Of a DNA stretch of 64,000 nucleotides, positions 18,475-28,341 are shown one piece after another. Source of the DNA: a virus. The stretch is taken from IMG/VR virus record IMGVR_UViG_3300031963_012969; one strand, 5' to 3'. The translations under genes were made by a program, and so were the position numbers. Position 1 is the stretch's first letter. Each line of letters begins with the position of its first letter. Under the pieces are notes generated by a model. It was not told the origin of the DNA, did no database searches, and saw nothing but the letters and a program-made list of their open reading frames with translations.

Positions 18475-19422
18475 TTATTGAAATGCTGGTTGGTCAAAAA
18501 ATTTATCCCCTAAATACAATTCATTTAAAGCCGGTAGTGCAGCGGCTCCAGCGATAGGAAGCAAACCCTTTCTTGATAGTGCACTCCGCAAAATCGAAAG
18601 AGTTGTTTTACTCAATGGACGTAAAATACTTGACTTTAGTCCACCCTTAAGTGCTTCACTAGCTGTAATTTTAACTCCACTAGCACGAGCCATTTCTTTG
18701 TACATTTTTTCCTTAATCGCTTTTGTATCTATTGAATTTATTAATTTATCTATTTTTTCTCCGCCAAAATACGGGTGAGCGCCAACGGCTTTAATAAATT
18801 CATCTCCCCCATCTTTCCTGACGTTTTCCGGTAGTGCCGCCAAATTGTTTTTTGTTAAATAATTGTTTAAAAATCCACCGCCTGCAGCTCCACCAGTTGC
18901 TAATATTGTAGTGGGATTTATTATATCCTTTGCTTTATCTTTTAGAGTTTTTTTTTGCTCGCCTCCCCCAGACACAAGGTTTTGTGTTACGCCGCCCAAG
19001 GTATTTAATATAGATGGAACAGATGCTCCAATAGCACCACCAGCAACCAATCCGCTAAGTGTTGAATTTCTTTTTCTTCTATTGAAATCTTCGTCTGTTT
19101 CGAATTCCCCCTTTGATGAAGAAAGATTTCCAAATAAACCACCCAATGCTGCTCCACCTAATCCACTCGCTATATTTGCACCACCTGGAGTGTCTTTGAT
19201 TTTATCTTTAGCGGAATTTAATCCACTCAATAAAATATTCTTTATTGAGTCTAGTTTGCCGGTTTGGGGGGATCCAGCCGAATTGTCGGCTCTTTTTTGT
19301 CTTAAGCAGGTTAAAGCAAATTCACCCATTTCGGAGTCAAATTTTTGCATAGCTAATCCAATTTCATCACTGGCTAGTTTTTCATGCACTTTTGTCAAAA
19401 CGTTTTCTAAGGTCATATACAT
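18475..19422 (-). CDS. Glycine-zipper protein with KLA leader
   Basis: EKLAS near the N-terminus; several GxxxG helices. Confidence 0.55.
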   Translation of the reverse strand: MYMTLENVLTKVHEKLASDEIGLAMQKFDSEMGEFALTCLRQKRADNSAGSPQTGKLDSIKNILLSGLNSAKDKIKDTPGGANIASGLGGAALGGLFGNLSSSKGEFETDEDFNRRKRNSTLSGLVAGGAIGASVPSILNTLGGVTQNLVSGGGEQKKTLKDKAKDIINPTTILATGGAAGGGFLNNYLTKNNLAALPENVRKDGGDEFIKAVGAHPYFGGEKIDKLINSIDTKAIKEKMYKEMARASGVKITASEALKGGLKSSILRPLSKTTLSILRSALSRKGLLPIAGAAALPALNELYLGDKFFDQPAFQ

Positions 19423-19438
19423 TTTGTAAAATTGTTAA

Positions 19439-19819
19439 TTAAATATTGGTTATAGATTCACTTGTATATGAATCTTGTTGAGATCTAAGCACAGACATTG
19501 CATTTTGTATTCTTGTAGTTATTGTCTCAGCTAAATAATTAGCTCTGGTCTGAGCATCAGAAAATGACCTTTTATCAAAAAAACACACAAAAGGCAAAAA
19601 CCCTCTTTTCACTTTTACAAATCTGTTTGGTAAAATCCAGTCAGCAGTTGGGCTAGGTGGCTGACCCTGTACAGTTTCCTCTCCATAAAGACCTCCAACA
19701 TTTATCTCGGGTTCACCAAATTTTTGAATTAGTTTATTGTCCTCCTCAGAAAAATCTTCATTTCTGATTTCTATAAAAAACTTTTGATCGGAAATATATT
19801 TTAATATTCTAGTCTTCAT
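19439..19819 (-). CDS. Hypothetical protein
   Basis: ORF in operon with ATGA overlap. Confidence 0.7.
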   Translation of the reverse strand: MKTRILKYISDQKFFIEIRNEDFSEEDNKLIQKFGEPEINVGGLYGEETVQGQPPSPTADWILPNRFVKVKRGFLPFVCFFDKRSFSDAQTRANYLAETITTRIQNAMSVLRSQQDSYTSESITNI

Positions 19820-21306
19820 TTTTGTGGAGTTTGACCTTGCCCAAGTTGTTTAGTTTTTAATAAATTGTTCTCTAATTCTACAAGTGAATTGGCAAAATGT
19901 GGATCAATTACTTGAGCTGTACCTTGTCTTAAGACAGACCTGGCTATATCCTTAATCATACTGGCATTAGGGGCTAACTGGATAAGTGCGTTGTAAGAGT
20001 TTTCTATTTCTGATGGATCTTGCTGAGATATAATATCGTCATTCATTAACTCCCTCAAGATAGCTTCTCTTTTTATGTTTTCTATCTCTTGTTTGTCTAT
20101 TTGGTATTTTTTAGGATTATCTATTCCCCTTAATTTTAAGGAGTACCCATTTGCCGCTGTATCAGCCATAGCAGAATCTGAGGACATTAGTTGAGATTTA
20201 AAGTTGTTAGACATTTGATCTAACACCATTTTGCCTGGACTAAATATTTGTGGATATTCTGTGGGTTTTTTCTTTGTTTCCTTTTTGTCGCTACTATGTT
20301 TAGTGCTATTATTAACTAAATCTGAAGCGCTTTTGTTTAACTTAACTTCATTTTTTTTTAAATCACCAAATATAATTTGGTCAAAGTCAGAAATCAAATC
20401 TTCTGGGAATTCGGCAAATTTTTGAGTTGCTGCAATATTCCCTCTGCCTGGACTCCACAAGTAATTAGATGCTGATGCCTCTTTATTTATCCCGCTTGCA
20501 TCGCAAATTAAGTTTCTCAATTCGGCTTCTTTTGCAGAACAATCTCTGACAAGACTATTAAATCCAGTCACACTGTTAGTGTACATGGACTCAGAATCAA
20601 CCAACCCAGAGAAACACCTTAAAAATTTATTGTCATCGTAATTTACATCACCGGATAAATTCTCAGATAAATCATCTATAGTTATTTTTGCAACCTTAGC
20701 TATCAAACCAAGTATTCTCCCAGCGGGTTTATTGTCTTGATACTCGTAAAAAATTTGAGCAGCATAATCGGCTACCTTCTCTCTCTCTTCGGTAAACTCA
20801 AGTATTTCTGAAGCTTCTTTCATGCCCTTGTAGAATGCCTCTCTGCTGTCTATGATTAAATCCCTCTTTTCACTTAAATCCCTGTTTTGTTCATTAATAG
20901 CAAAGAACGCTGTTTTGATTCTGGATTCTAGTGGGATGGACGAGGTGCTTGCAATATCAAACTCTTCTTCTGAAGCGGTCTTAGACACTTCTTCAGTAGC
21001 AAGAAAATCATTCAAGTCCTCTTTCATTTCTGAAACAACAGAATTAGGAGCAATTTGAGTTTCGTTGAAGACGCTATTTATTACTGTTTTTTTGTCTGCT
21101 ATGTCAAAGTCTGCTGACTTGTCTTTAGCTATTTTTACATAAGCTTTTGTCTTCGCAGTATTGAAAGCTTCAATTACCCTGCTAATAGTCTCTGGGTTAA
21201 GTTCATGCTCTCTAGCTACTTTTATAATACTATCATTAGCATTTATACCAGAATTATGGAGTTTAATAGCAGAGTTAAGTGCTTTTTCAATACGCTCGTA
21301 AATCAT
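19816..21306 (-). CDS. Helical K-x-A-rich putative head protein
   Basis: About a dozen K-x-A motifs (KVARE, KTASE, KEASE, KEASA, KSASD). Confidence 0.55.
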   Translation of the reverse strand: MIYERIEKALNSAIKLHNSGINANDSIIKVAREHELNPETISRVIEAFNTAKTKAYVKIAKDKSADFDIADKKTVINSVFNETQIAPNSVVSEMKEDLNDFLATEEVSKTASEEEFDIASTSSIPLESRIKTAFFAINEQNRDLSEKRDLIIDSREAFYKGMKEASEILEFTEEREKVADYAAQIFYEYQDNKPAGRILGLIAKVAKITIDDLSENLSGDVNYDDNKFLRCFSGLVDSESMYTNSVTGFNSLVRDCSAKEAELRNLICDASGINKEASASNYLWSPGRGNIAATQKFAEFPEDLISDFDQIIFGDLKKNEVKLNKSASDLVNNSTKHSSDKKETKKKPTEYPQIFSPGKMVLDQMSNNFKSQLMSSDSAMADTAANGYSLKLRGIDNPKKYQIDKQEIENIKREAILRELMNDDIISQQDPSEIENSYNALIQLAPNASMIKDIARSVLRQGTAQVIDPHFANSLVELENNLLKTKQLGQGQTPQK

Positions 21307-21330
21307 AAGTGTTTATTATATTAAGATAAA

Positions 21331-22227
21331 TTATAATGGTTGTGGAGAAAAATATGTCAATTCTTTAATTTCTTTTTTGTCTACTCCTCTTGATTCTCTT
21401 TCTTTATCTCCAATTATTTTTCTAACTGGGTCATCGTAGCTAAGCGTCGATGACACCTCTGTTATGCTTTCCCAAAGTGCTTTTCTGAATAAATCTGAAT
21501 TTAAATTTTCGTCTCCTTGTTTTGTCTGCTCGGATAGACTTAATGCATTCGTATAGGATATGTGTCTATCGAAGTCACTTGGTCTAGCGTGATTTATTAA
21601 TCTGACTCCAAGTATATATTCACTTGCCTGAAGCTCCAAGCAATTCTTCATTGAACTTACGAGCTTAGATGCAATGCTATCATTTACGTTTATTCTTCTC
21701 TGTAAAATATATTTAGCTGTTTCCCATCCAAACGCATATGAAATACCCATCCAAATTGAGCTTGCTACTACATCCTGTGGAGTTTCTTTCCATCTGTCGT
21801 ACGGAGATATAATAGAATAAACAAAATTTTCGCTATCAAGGTACCTTGATACATCAAAAAATAATTTAAGGTAACAATCAATATTTTCTTCTTTTGTTTT
21901 AAACTCTGAAGATATTTCTTTAACTGTTTTTTTTCCAAGTAACATTGACTGTATTTGAGTTCCAAAACCCCTTGTGTGGTTACTTACAAAGCAGGAGTGA
22001 GCATATTTAACCTGTGGTAATCTACATGCCCCGTGAACTAGATACGAAAAATAGTCTATTACGTATTGGTCATCCTCATCTTCTGGGATAACAACAAAAT
22101 TTTCTTCTCCTCTAGTTAACAATTCTCTGTGAACTCTTCTATACTCAAAAGCTTGATTAGCCCTCCATGATGGAGAGTAATCTGGGTCATCACTAAAATC
22201 TCTTGAAAATCTTTTAATGTTACTCAT
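21331..22227 (-). CDS. Hypothetical protein with possible HTH segment
   Basis: KTVKEISSEFKTKEENIDCYLKLFFD resembles a helix-turn-helix. Confidence 0.5.
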   Translation of the reverse strand: MSNIKRFSRDFSDDPDYSPSWRANQAFEYRRVHRELLTRGEENFVVIPEDEDDQYVIDYFSYLVHGACRLPQVKYAHSCFVSNHTRGFGTQIQSMLLGKKTVKEISSEFKTKEENIDCYLKLFFDVSRYLDSENFVYSIISPYDRWKETPQDVVASSIWMGISYAFGWETAKYILQRRINVNDSIASKLVSSMKNCLELQASEYILGVRLINHARPSDFDRHISYTNALSLSEQTKQGDENLNSDLFRKALWESITEVSSTLSYDDPVRKIIGDKERESRGVDKKEIKELTYFSPQPL

Positions 22228-23276
22228 GAATTTGTCCAGTCGCCAAGAACCCTCTGAGGAATATTTGTATTGTCTTTGAGGTGTTGGAAGACCCTTAGTT
22301 TATCCTTAGACGATAGTCCAGATATTTCATTTACTAGGTCTTTTCCAATTATGTCACCAAAAAGGCTACTATCCATCATTGAATTCATTTGGCCACTTGG
22401 GCTATGTGAGTACATTAACGAGCCTGCTCCAGATAATCCCAGGCCAGCTGTTATATTGGGCGCTGAGTTGCCCACCATTTTTATCGCATTTCCACCCAGT
22501 CTAAGTAAGTTCGATGGGTTTAAAGAATTTTTACCAGGTTGAGGCTTGGTATATTTAAAAATGTTTTTGTTTCCAGTCAGAGTATTTAAAACTGGAGTTC
22601 TCTTAAGAAGGGTTATTGGCGCTCTCAAAAACTTTGAGGAAACGGCTCCAGCTCTATTAATTTTATTCGCGGCGTTAGTTAATTTTAAGGCTTTTGCCCC
22701 AGCTCCAGTGAATTTACTTAATAGCCGAATTCCCTTACCTGCAGTCCCCAGTGCGGGAATAAAAGACGAACCAGCTAGTAAAGCATTACCAACACCAGAA
22801 AGAAGCTTTCCCCCAGCTCCAGCAGAGTCTCCAGAATAAACTAAGTTTGCTGATGACGACAAATCTTTTACAGCGTCCACGGGTGGATCTAATACTATCT
22901 CTTTTGTTAATTGACCTAAAAACCCAGGAGTACTTTGACCTCCTGCAATTGATTGATCGTTTCCACTCTTCTTATAACTTTTTGACTCAACCATTTTTCC
23001 GAATCTAGATCCAACAGCCGTTCCAATAGAAGAAGAGATTAACGCCTTAATTAATATTTTTTGAACCTGCTTTTTGGAAGTAGGTAATATGCCCTTAGAC
23101 ATGAGCATACCTATTGGTGCCGTTATGCCGCCAGTACTGCCGTAAGCACCAAGTACATCTGCGCCCTGCCTCACAGACATTCCGCTTGGAGGCTCCATTC
23201 CACCATATATTGATCCACCAAATACTGGAATGAAAGACGCCGCGCTGGCTAAAAAATCTGATTTTTTATTTATCAA
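22224..23276 (-). CDS. Gly/Ala/Lys-rich putative internal virion protein
   Basis: Hydrophobic Gly-rich helices; GNALLAGSSFIPALGTAGKG resembles pre-toxin TG-type motifs. Confidence 0.5.
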   Translation of the reverse strand: MINKKSDFLASAASFIPVFGGSIYGGMEPPSGMSVRQGADVLGAYGSTGGITAPIGMLMSKGILPTSKKQVQKILIKALISSSIGTAVGSRFGKMVESKSYKKSGNDQSIAGGQSTPGFLGQLTKEIVLDPPVDAVKDLSSSANLVYSGDSAGAGGKLLSGVGNALLAGSSFIPALGTAGKGIRLLSKFTGAGAKALKLTNAANKINRAGAVSSKFLRAPITLLKRTPVLNTLTGNKNIFKYTKPQPGKNSLNPSNLLRLGGNAIKMVGNSAPNITAGLGLSGAGSLMYSHSPSGQMNSMMDSSLFGDIIGKDLVNEISGLSSKDKLRVFQHLKDNTNIPQRVLGDWTNS

Positions 23277-23281
23277 TTTTG

Positions 23282-24121
23282 TTACCTTGTTCTTTTATTT
23301 CTGTTTAAGAAATTTTGATAATCTTGAATGTATCTTTTGTCGGCGTATATTTGATTTGGAGTTACATTTGAATTCTCTTTGTATATTTGTCTAACTATGT
23401 CAGCCCTTCTTCTATCTGCAACAGATTTAGAATTGTAGCTTCCCATGACTTTAGACAAAAAGGCATCAGTTGGACCAGTAGATGTATTTACTCCAGCAGC
23501 AGATTGTTGATCTTTCCTGACTGGCTGCGCTCTTCTTACTTCAACCATTCCGTTTGTGGTATTCATTTTTGGGGACGTACCCACTGCTTTAGGTAAAAAG
23601 CCAGGTGCATCGTTTATAGCGGAATTTATATTTGCCTCGTTCTGAGTATTATATTGCTGTGTAGCATTTTCAACTAAAGAAGACCCTGAATTTCCTCCAA
23701 AAAATGAAACAGCGCCAGATGGAAGATTCTTATTTAAGCTACCCTTCATTGGAGACGCATCTGCAACCGGTAAATTATTTTTGAGGTAATTTCTTCTTTT
23801 TTCTAATCTTTTATTTTCGAGTCCCATTATAGCGCCTCTTGCAGCATCAGTGGGGCTTTCTTTACCGTACAGGTTGTACGCAAAATCTCTTGCTTTTCCA
23901 AGCATAGTATCCGTTCCAGTAAGTTGATCATAGAGTCCAACTCCACCAGCTCCAGTAACAGCTGCGCCGCCAATTCCAGCCATTAGCTTAGGGTTAGAGG
24001 AAATAGCCCCTCTTGCAGCGCTTATGGCCGGAGAAATAAATGGTTTAGCAGCACTAAATATAGATGCTGTTTTGGCTTCTTTAGTTAATGTATTTTTATA
24101 TGTTTCGGTATATTTATTCAT
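23282..24121 (-). CDS. MNKY-leader protein
   Basis: MNKYTETYKNTLTKEAKTAS leader followed by a Gly-rich helix. Confidence 0.6.
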   Translation of the reverse strand: MNKYTETYKNTLTKEAKTASIFSAAKPFISPAISAARGAISSNPKLMAGIGGAAVTGAGGVGLYDQLTGTDTMLGKARDFAYNLYGKESPTDAARGAIMGLENKRLEKRRNYLKNNLPVADASPMKGSLNKNLPSGAVSFFGGNSGSSLVENATQQYNTQNEANINSAINDAPGFLPKAVGTSPKMNTTNGMVEVRRAQPVRKDQQSAAGVNTSTGPTDAFLSKVMGSYNSKSVADRRRADIVRQIYKENSNVTPNQIYADKRYIQDYQNFLNRNKRTR

Positions 24122-24123
24122 AG

Positions 24124-24462
24124 CTAATTTAATGATGCAGTGGTTAAACCACTTAATTCTTGTAATCTATCTCTTAGCAATCTTGCATAATCAGACTGAA
24201 GGGATCTAGTAAAAACTGTATCTTTTTTAACGCCGTCTTCTAGTATCATGTCCTTTAGACTATTTGCGGTTCCGGTAATCTTATCTATTGGCTTAGTCAG
24301 GTCAATCATTTTTCCATGTGTTCTAGAGAAAATAGATTTAGGAGTATTTTTTACGGCATTATATGCGGTTCCAATAAGTTTAAGTGCCATATCACCTCTA
24401 CCAGCCGTTTTATTAAGCTCTATGTCAAGCCTACTCAAATATGTATGTGTATCTTTGTTCAT
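24124..24462 (-). CDS. MNK-leader protein
   Basis: MNKDTHTYLSRLDIELNKTAG leader. Confidence 0.6.
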   Translation of the reverse strand: MNKDTHTYLSRLDIELNKTAGRGDMALKLIGTAYNAVKNTPKSIFSRTHGKMIDLTKPIDKITGTANSLKDMILEDGVKKDTVFTRSLQSDYARLLRDRLQELSGLTTASLN

Positions 24463-25022
24463 CTATATTTAATGCTTCTTATGTTTATGTCACTCCATAA
24501 ATTATTTTGAGTTTCGTCTTGATTTTGTGGCTGATCTCCAAATGCCGAATCAATACCTGTATCAATAGCGTTATTGATAGCCAATCCAGGTGTTGCAACA
24601 CCAAATACGGTTCCAATATCTTTAGCAGATATATTCTTGATTCCTCCCCTTTCCTTCGCTATTGCAGTGGCTGTGTTCCATGGCTGAGTAAATGTATTAC
24701 TCATTATCGACATTGCCTTATTTTTAATTGGCTGATTTGATTCTAATATGCCCCTATACCCTCTTGCCATTGATCCAATGCCTCCTGTAATTCCGCTACT
24801 TAGATTGCCAACGCTTTTTATTGTTTTTTGCGTTAATGGCTTTGCTGCACTAACGCCTTTTTGAATTGCGCTAGAAACTATTGGCTTGGCTGTATTTAAT
24901 AAATTTTTTACACCAGCGGAAACAATTGGTTTTGCTGCAGAAAATGCGGCCCTGGCGGCTGGCACCACAAATGCATTTTTTTGATTTAATTCATTAAAAT
25001 AGATTTTTGAGTATTTATTCAT
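24459..25022 (-). CDS. MNKY-leader protein with AKP repeats
   Basis: Start moved to MNKYSKIYFNELNQKNAF; three (A)AKPIV-like amphipathic repeats. Confidence 0.6.
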   Translation of the reverse strand: MNKYSKIYFNELNQKNAFVVPAARAAFSAAKPIVSAGVKNLLNTAKPIVSSAIQKGVSAAKPLTQKTIKSVGNLSSGITGGIGSMARGYRGILESNQPIKNKAMSIMSNTFTQPWNTATAIAKERGGIKNISAKDIGTVFGVATPGLAINNAIDTGIDSAFGDQPQNQDETQNNLWSDINIRSIKYR

Positions 25023-25023
25023 A

Positions 25024-27231
25024 TTACTGAAGTACGTCTGTACCACTGGATGAGCTCTCTACAGCTCTTTGCTTAAGGAATAAAACAACTTTAGCTGTTG
25101 ATTTTATTGTGGATAAAATTAAATCCTCAAAATCCGCCATTTCATCGATACCATATTCTTCTGCGAAGTCCGAATTGTGCCAATAAAATAAAAGAAGCAA
25201 TCTGCACATTCTATCTAAGTTATCTACTAGTTCGGGGATATATTCCTGAACTATAGACTGAGACCTAGATGTTCTAACGATCACCCCTATCATTGCTGGG
25301 TCAAAAACCTGTCTAGAATTGCTATCGCTTGCTCTTTCCAAGAATTTCAAATCTTCATCAGTAATTTGATTCCATAAACCAATGTCCATGTCTGTTGCTG
25401 GCCTTGGTCCAGGGCTTGACTCAGTCATTTGAGTTCTCAATTGTTGCTGTGTTTGAACTGGAGTGCCATCCCTATTTACCCCAGCTGCACCGTCTGGGGT
25501 TTCAAAAGACGGGAACGCTAGTTTTTTATTTGTTCTTGGTAAGTACCACCCAGAAACTCTAGCCTTCTTTTTGTCAAATATCTCTGATGCCACTTTTTCT
25601 GAGTCTTGTTGAGAGAACCCAGCTCTATTCATTAAATCAACAACCACTTCGCTTTTGTCTCTATAGGACAAAGAAGAACCGTCAACAAATACGTTAATGT
25701 CGAATGCAGCAGATTTTTCTACCAAAATCTCTCCAGCTCCCCTACCAATTAACAAAGATTGAAGAGTTTTGTCATCACCTGGCTTGACGTCATTTATTTT
25801 GCTTGAGTCAAATTCTGGAGTCTTAACCTCAATAACCTTGCAACACTTAGGTACAAACACTACATTGCCTTTGGTGAACTCAGGCAATCCATGATCTTTA
25901 TCTATTGATCTAAGGTACCCCTTATCCCCCCAGCAATGACCGCAACATCCAGACGACAAACAAGAAGAATTTCCACCATCGGTTAAGAAATTACTATTGC
26001 TGAATGGCACATAGTCTTGTTCGACAAGTACAGTTGTCCTTTTATTTTCTGTTATTTTGTTTGTAACATTAAATGGACCATAAACACTTAATTCATGATC
26101 TACCAAGAAATACTTTTTGCCAACAACACATGAATTAAGATCTTTTCCTGTATTTTTAAGAATTTCATCTTTCTCTTCTTTTGTTAGTTCCTGTGTGGTA
26201 CCTGAATTAGACTTGTAGTAAACAGGCTGCTTTGCCCACTCCATATTTCCATTACTTGGGTCAATAACAACCTGTGGAGAATAAGATTTGCCCATTGAAT
26301 GCATGGACTGGTCATTTGATCCAGTATTGATCGCCCTTGCAGAAACAAAAACCATCGCCTTAATAATGTCGCCGTTATGGTTTAGAATATCATATAGACC
26401 AGTTTCGGTAACTTGACCAAATTCTTTTCTATAATCCCCTAAGTATAAATCGCTTTTATCCTTTTCGTCCCTGTTGTCGTCAATTCTATATCCATTTTTA
26501 ATTATTTCAGTTTTTTCTTCTGTGGAAAGATTTGACAGCTTTAGCAGAGCGTCACCAGACTTAATCAACGTTATTGGGTCTTTTGTGTCTTCTTGCTTTG
26601 CCTCTTTTTTAGACTCAAAAGTTATCTTAAGGTCATCCAGTTCATAAAACTTAGATATATATGAAAATATTTCTGGAGTCTCAAGAGCGTATTTTATGAA
26701 ATTATCATAATTCTCTTTTCCAGACTTTTGAAGAAAATCGATTAAATCACTATCAGTTTCAGATAGTGCCATTTTTGTATCAATAAAGTCATCAACAGTT
26801 ATGTCATAAAAATTCTCCAAAGATGCAGCTTTGCTGTTTGCACTAGCTGGTGGTCTTGAAAATATTCTTAATGTGTTACTCGTTTCCCCATCTATTACAG
26901 GACTTTGTTTGGCTGGTTCACCAATGTCTTCTGGGTTTTGACCGGATAGATAGTTAACCCATTGTTCGTTGTTTGCTACAAATGTATCAGAATTTTTTAG
27001 ATACATAACCTCCATTCCCTTTACCTTTCCATTAAGGAAAAATACTGGAATGTAGATTAGTTGTCCGCCTAACTTGAAGCCCATTATACCAGCGGCTCTT
27101 GTGCCATCATCATTTTTGTCTATGATGTCAAAACCCAAGTAGTGGTTCAATAAGTTGGGGTTTTTTTCTGATATTTTAGCTACTGCTATTTCGGATAAAT
27201 TTTGTTCAACCTGTTGTAATGGAGTCGGCAT
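25024..27231 (-). CDS. Large putative virion/head protein
   Basis: 735 aa; K-x-A motifs at apparent domain borders (SKAAS, EKSAA, KKLAF); no recognised family. Confidence 0.5.
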   Translation of the reverse strand: MPTPLQQVEQNLSEIAVAKISEKNPNLLNHYLGFDIIDKNDDGTRAAGIMGFKLGGQLIYIPVFFLNGKVKGMEVMYLKNSDTFVANNEQWVNYLSGQNPEDIGEPAKQSPVIDGETSNTLRIFSRPPASANSKAASLENFYDITVDDFIDTKMALSETDSDLIDFLQKSGKENYDNFIKYALETPEIFSYISKFYELDDLKITFESKKEAKQEDTKDPITLIKSGDALLKLSNLSTEEKTEIIKNGYRIDDNRDEKDKSDLYLGDYRKEFGQVTETGLYDILNHNGDIIKAMVFVSARAINTGSNDQSMHSMGKSYSPQVVIDPSNGNMEWAKQPVYYKSNSGTTQELTKEEKDEILKNTGKDLNSCVVGKKYFLVDHELSVYGPFNVTNKITENKRTTVLVEQDYVPFSNSNFLTDGGNSSCLSSGCCGHCWGDKGYLRSIDKDHGLPEFTKGNVVFVPKCCKVIEVKTPEFDSSKINDVKPGDDKTLQSLLIGRGAGEILVEKSAAFDINVFVDGSSLSYRDKSEVVVDLMNRAGFSQQDSEKVASEIFDKKKARVSGWYLPRTNKKLAFPSFETPDGAAGVNRDGTPVQTQQQLRTQMTESSPGPRPATDMDIGLWNQITDEDLKFLERASDSNSRQVFDPAMIGVIVRTSRSQSIVQEYIPELVDNLDRMCRLLLLFYWHNSDFAEEYGIDEMADFEDLILSTIKSTAKVVLFLKQRAVESSSSGTDVLQ

Positions 27232-27302
27232 ATTTTTAGTTATTCTTACTGATAATCTTCACAAAAGAAAGAAGTTTTTTGTAATTATTAGCTAGTAGCT
27301 AA

Positions 27303-27337
27303 AAAAAAGCGAGAACATTTTGTGTTCTCGCTTTTTT
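27303..27337. terminator. Bidirectional intrinsic terminator closing small-gene cassette A
   Basis: A-tract GCGAGAACA-loop-TGTTCTCGC T-tract. Confidence 0.85.
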
Positions 27338-27340
27338 CGT

Positions 27341-27691
27341 TTAAAACATAGAAGCAATTGGATTTGCTTCTATGTTTCGTTTTCTTATGTTTCGTACCTT
27401 ATCTTTTATTGTTAAGATACTGTCTGGTTTTATTCCTAAGTTTATACATCTCATCGTTGCTGCCTCCTCTGCAAGAAACCATTGGTCCTCTGAGAGTACT
27501 ACATTACTAAGCTCATTGATTAGAGTGAACAGGAAGACTAATATCTCCTTGTCTAATGAGCTCAATGATTCTTGACCTTTCTGTATTGAAGAGTGGTTGA
27601 CAGCATCCAGCTCCAAAAGCTGGATAGATCTCCCAGTCTGGTACACTTTGCTTAATTTTTTGGTAATTTCCGCATTCATATACGGTAACAT
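27341..27691 (-). CDS. Hypothetical protein (true start probably downstream of the called one)
   Basis: Fills the gap to the terminator; the 5' half overlaps the upstream gene. Confidence 0.45.
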   Translation of the reverse strand: MLPYMNAEITKKLSKVYQTGRSIQLLELDAVNHSSIQKGQESLSSLDKEILVFLFTLINELSNVVLSEDQWFLAEEAATMRCINLGIKPDSILTIKDKVRNIRKRNIEANPIASMF

Positions 27692-27800
27692 TTTTTATGT
27701 GATGTTTTACTTTGAGATGTTTGCATTTTGTTTTATCATTATTCCATTCGCCGTAAGCGCATGGAATCCGACAACAATGGCCGGATCCCATGCAACTCAT
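27513..27800 (-). CDS. Cys-cluster protein (YkgJ-like Zn/Fe-S binding)
   Basis: CMGSGHCC..PC...CKHL...C.NY...GCC pattern. Confidence 0.6.
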   Translation of the reverse strand: MSCMGSGHCCRIPCAYGEWNNDKTKCKHLKVKHHIKNVTVYECGNYQKIKQSVPDWEIYPAFGAGCCQPLFNTERSRIIELIRQGDISLPVHSNQ

Positions 27801-27985
27801 TTTGGTATTTCTCCTGGCATCCTAGCACTATTCATCATTGCGCTATTACAGACTGGACACTTATATATTCCAGGCCATGTATAGCTCTGAACTATTCTAT
27901 CAATTGGGCAATAATATATGTATATCATTGATGCCATGCAAGCACTTGTTGATAATGCTATTACACTTAATATAAATGTTTTCAT
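27797..27985 (-). CDS. Small protein with signal-like N-terminus and CPVC motif
   Basis: Start moved to MKTFIL; ATGA overlap with the next gene. Confidence 0.55.
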   Translation of the reverse strand: MKTFILSVIALSTSACMASMIYIYYCPIDRIVQSYTWPGIYKCPVCNSAMMNSARMPGEIPK

Positions 27986-27992
27986 ATTAATA

Positions 27993-28199
27993 TTAATTTT
28001 TATTGTTATCTTTTTCGGTAATAAATAAAGTAAAACCATAAATGGCTGTAAGTACTAGTACCCAGAACATCAATGGTAGAACCAGACTTATTACTTTTAT
28101 TAAAGCCTTTATAGCTATAACTATTATTAAAGCAATAAACGCAATTTTTGAAATTGCCTTTATTACTGTGATTACTGTGATCACTTCTTCTTTTTTCAT
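27993..28199 (-). CDS. Small membrane protein
   Basis: 68 aa, two hydrophobic stretches; first gene after the conserved promoter-like motif. Confidence 0.6.
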   Translation of the reverse strand: MKKEEVITVITVIKAISKIAFIALIIVIAIKALIKVISLVLPLMFWVLVLTAIYGFTLFITEKDNNKN

Positions 28200-28233
28200 A
28201 GGATTTATGATTTATAGAATGAGGTACATCCTA

Positions 28234-28273
28234 CAATATATTATGGCTTTTATTTGTATTGTTTTAGGTACCC
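28234..28273 (-). promoter_or_regulatory. Candidate phage-specific promoter, copy A
   Basis: GGGTACC-N18-AGCCATAATATATTG; second copy at 41239-41277. Confidence 0.65.
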
Positions 28274-28284
28274 ATACATAAATA

Positions 28285-28319
28285 TAAAACACAACCACAA
28301 TAAACATGGTTGTGTTTTA
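28285..28319 (-). terminator. Hairpin after the oxygenase gene, insulating promoter A
   Basis: taaaacacaacca...tggttgtgtttta 13-bp inverted repeat. Confidence 0.65.
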
Positions 28320-28341
28320 CTTTGGAGGGAAATTTATTTTA

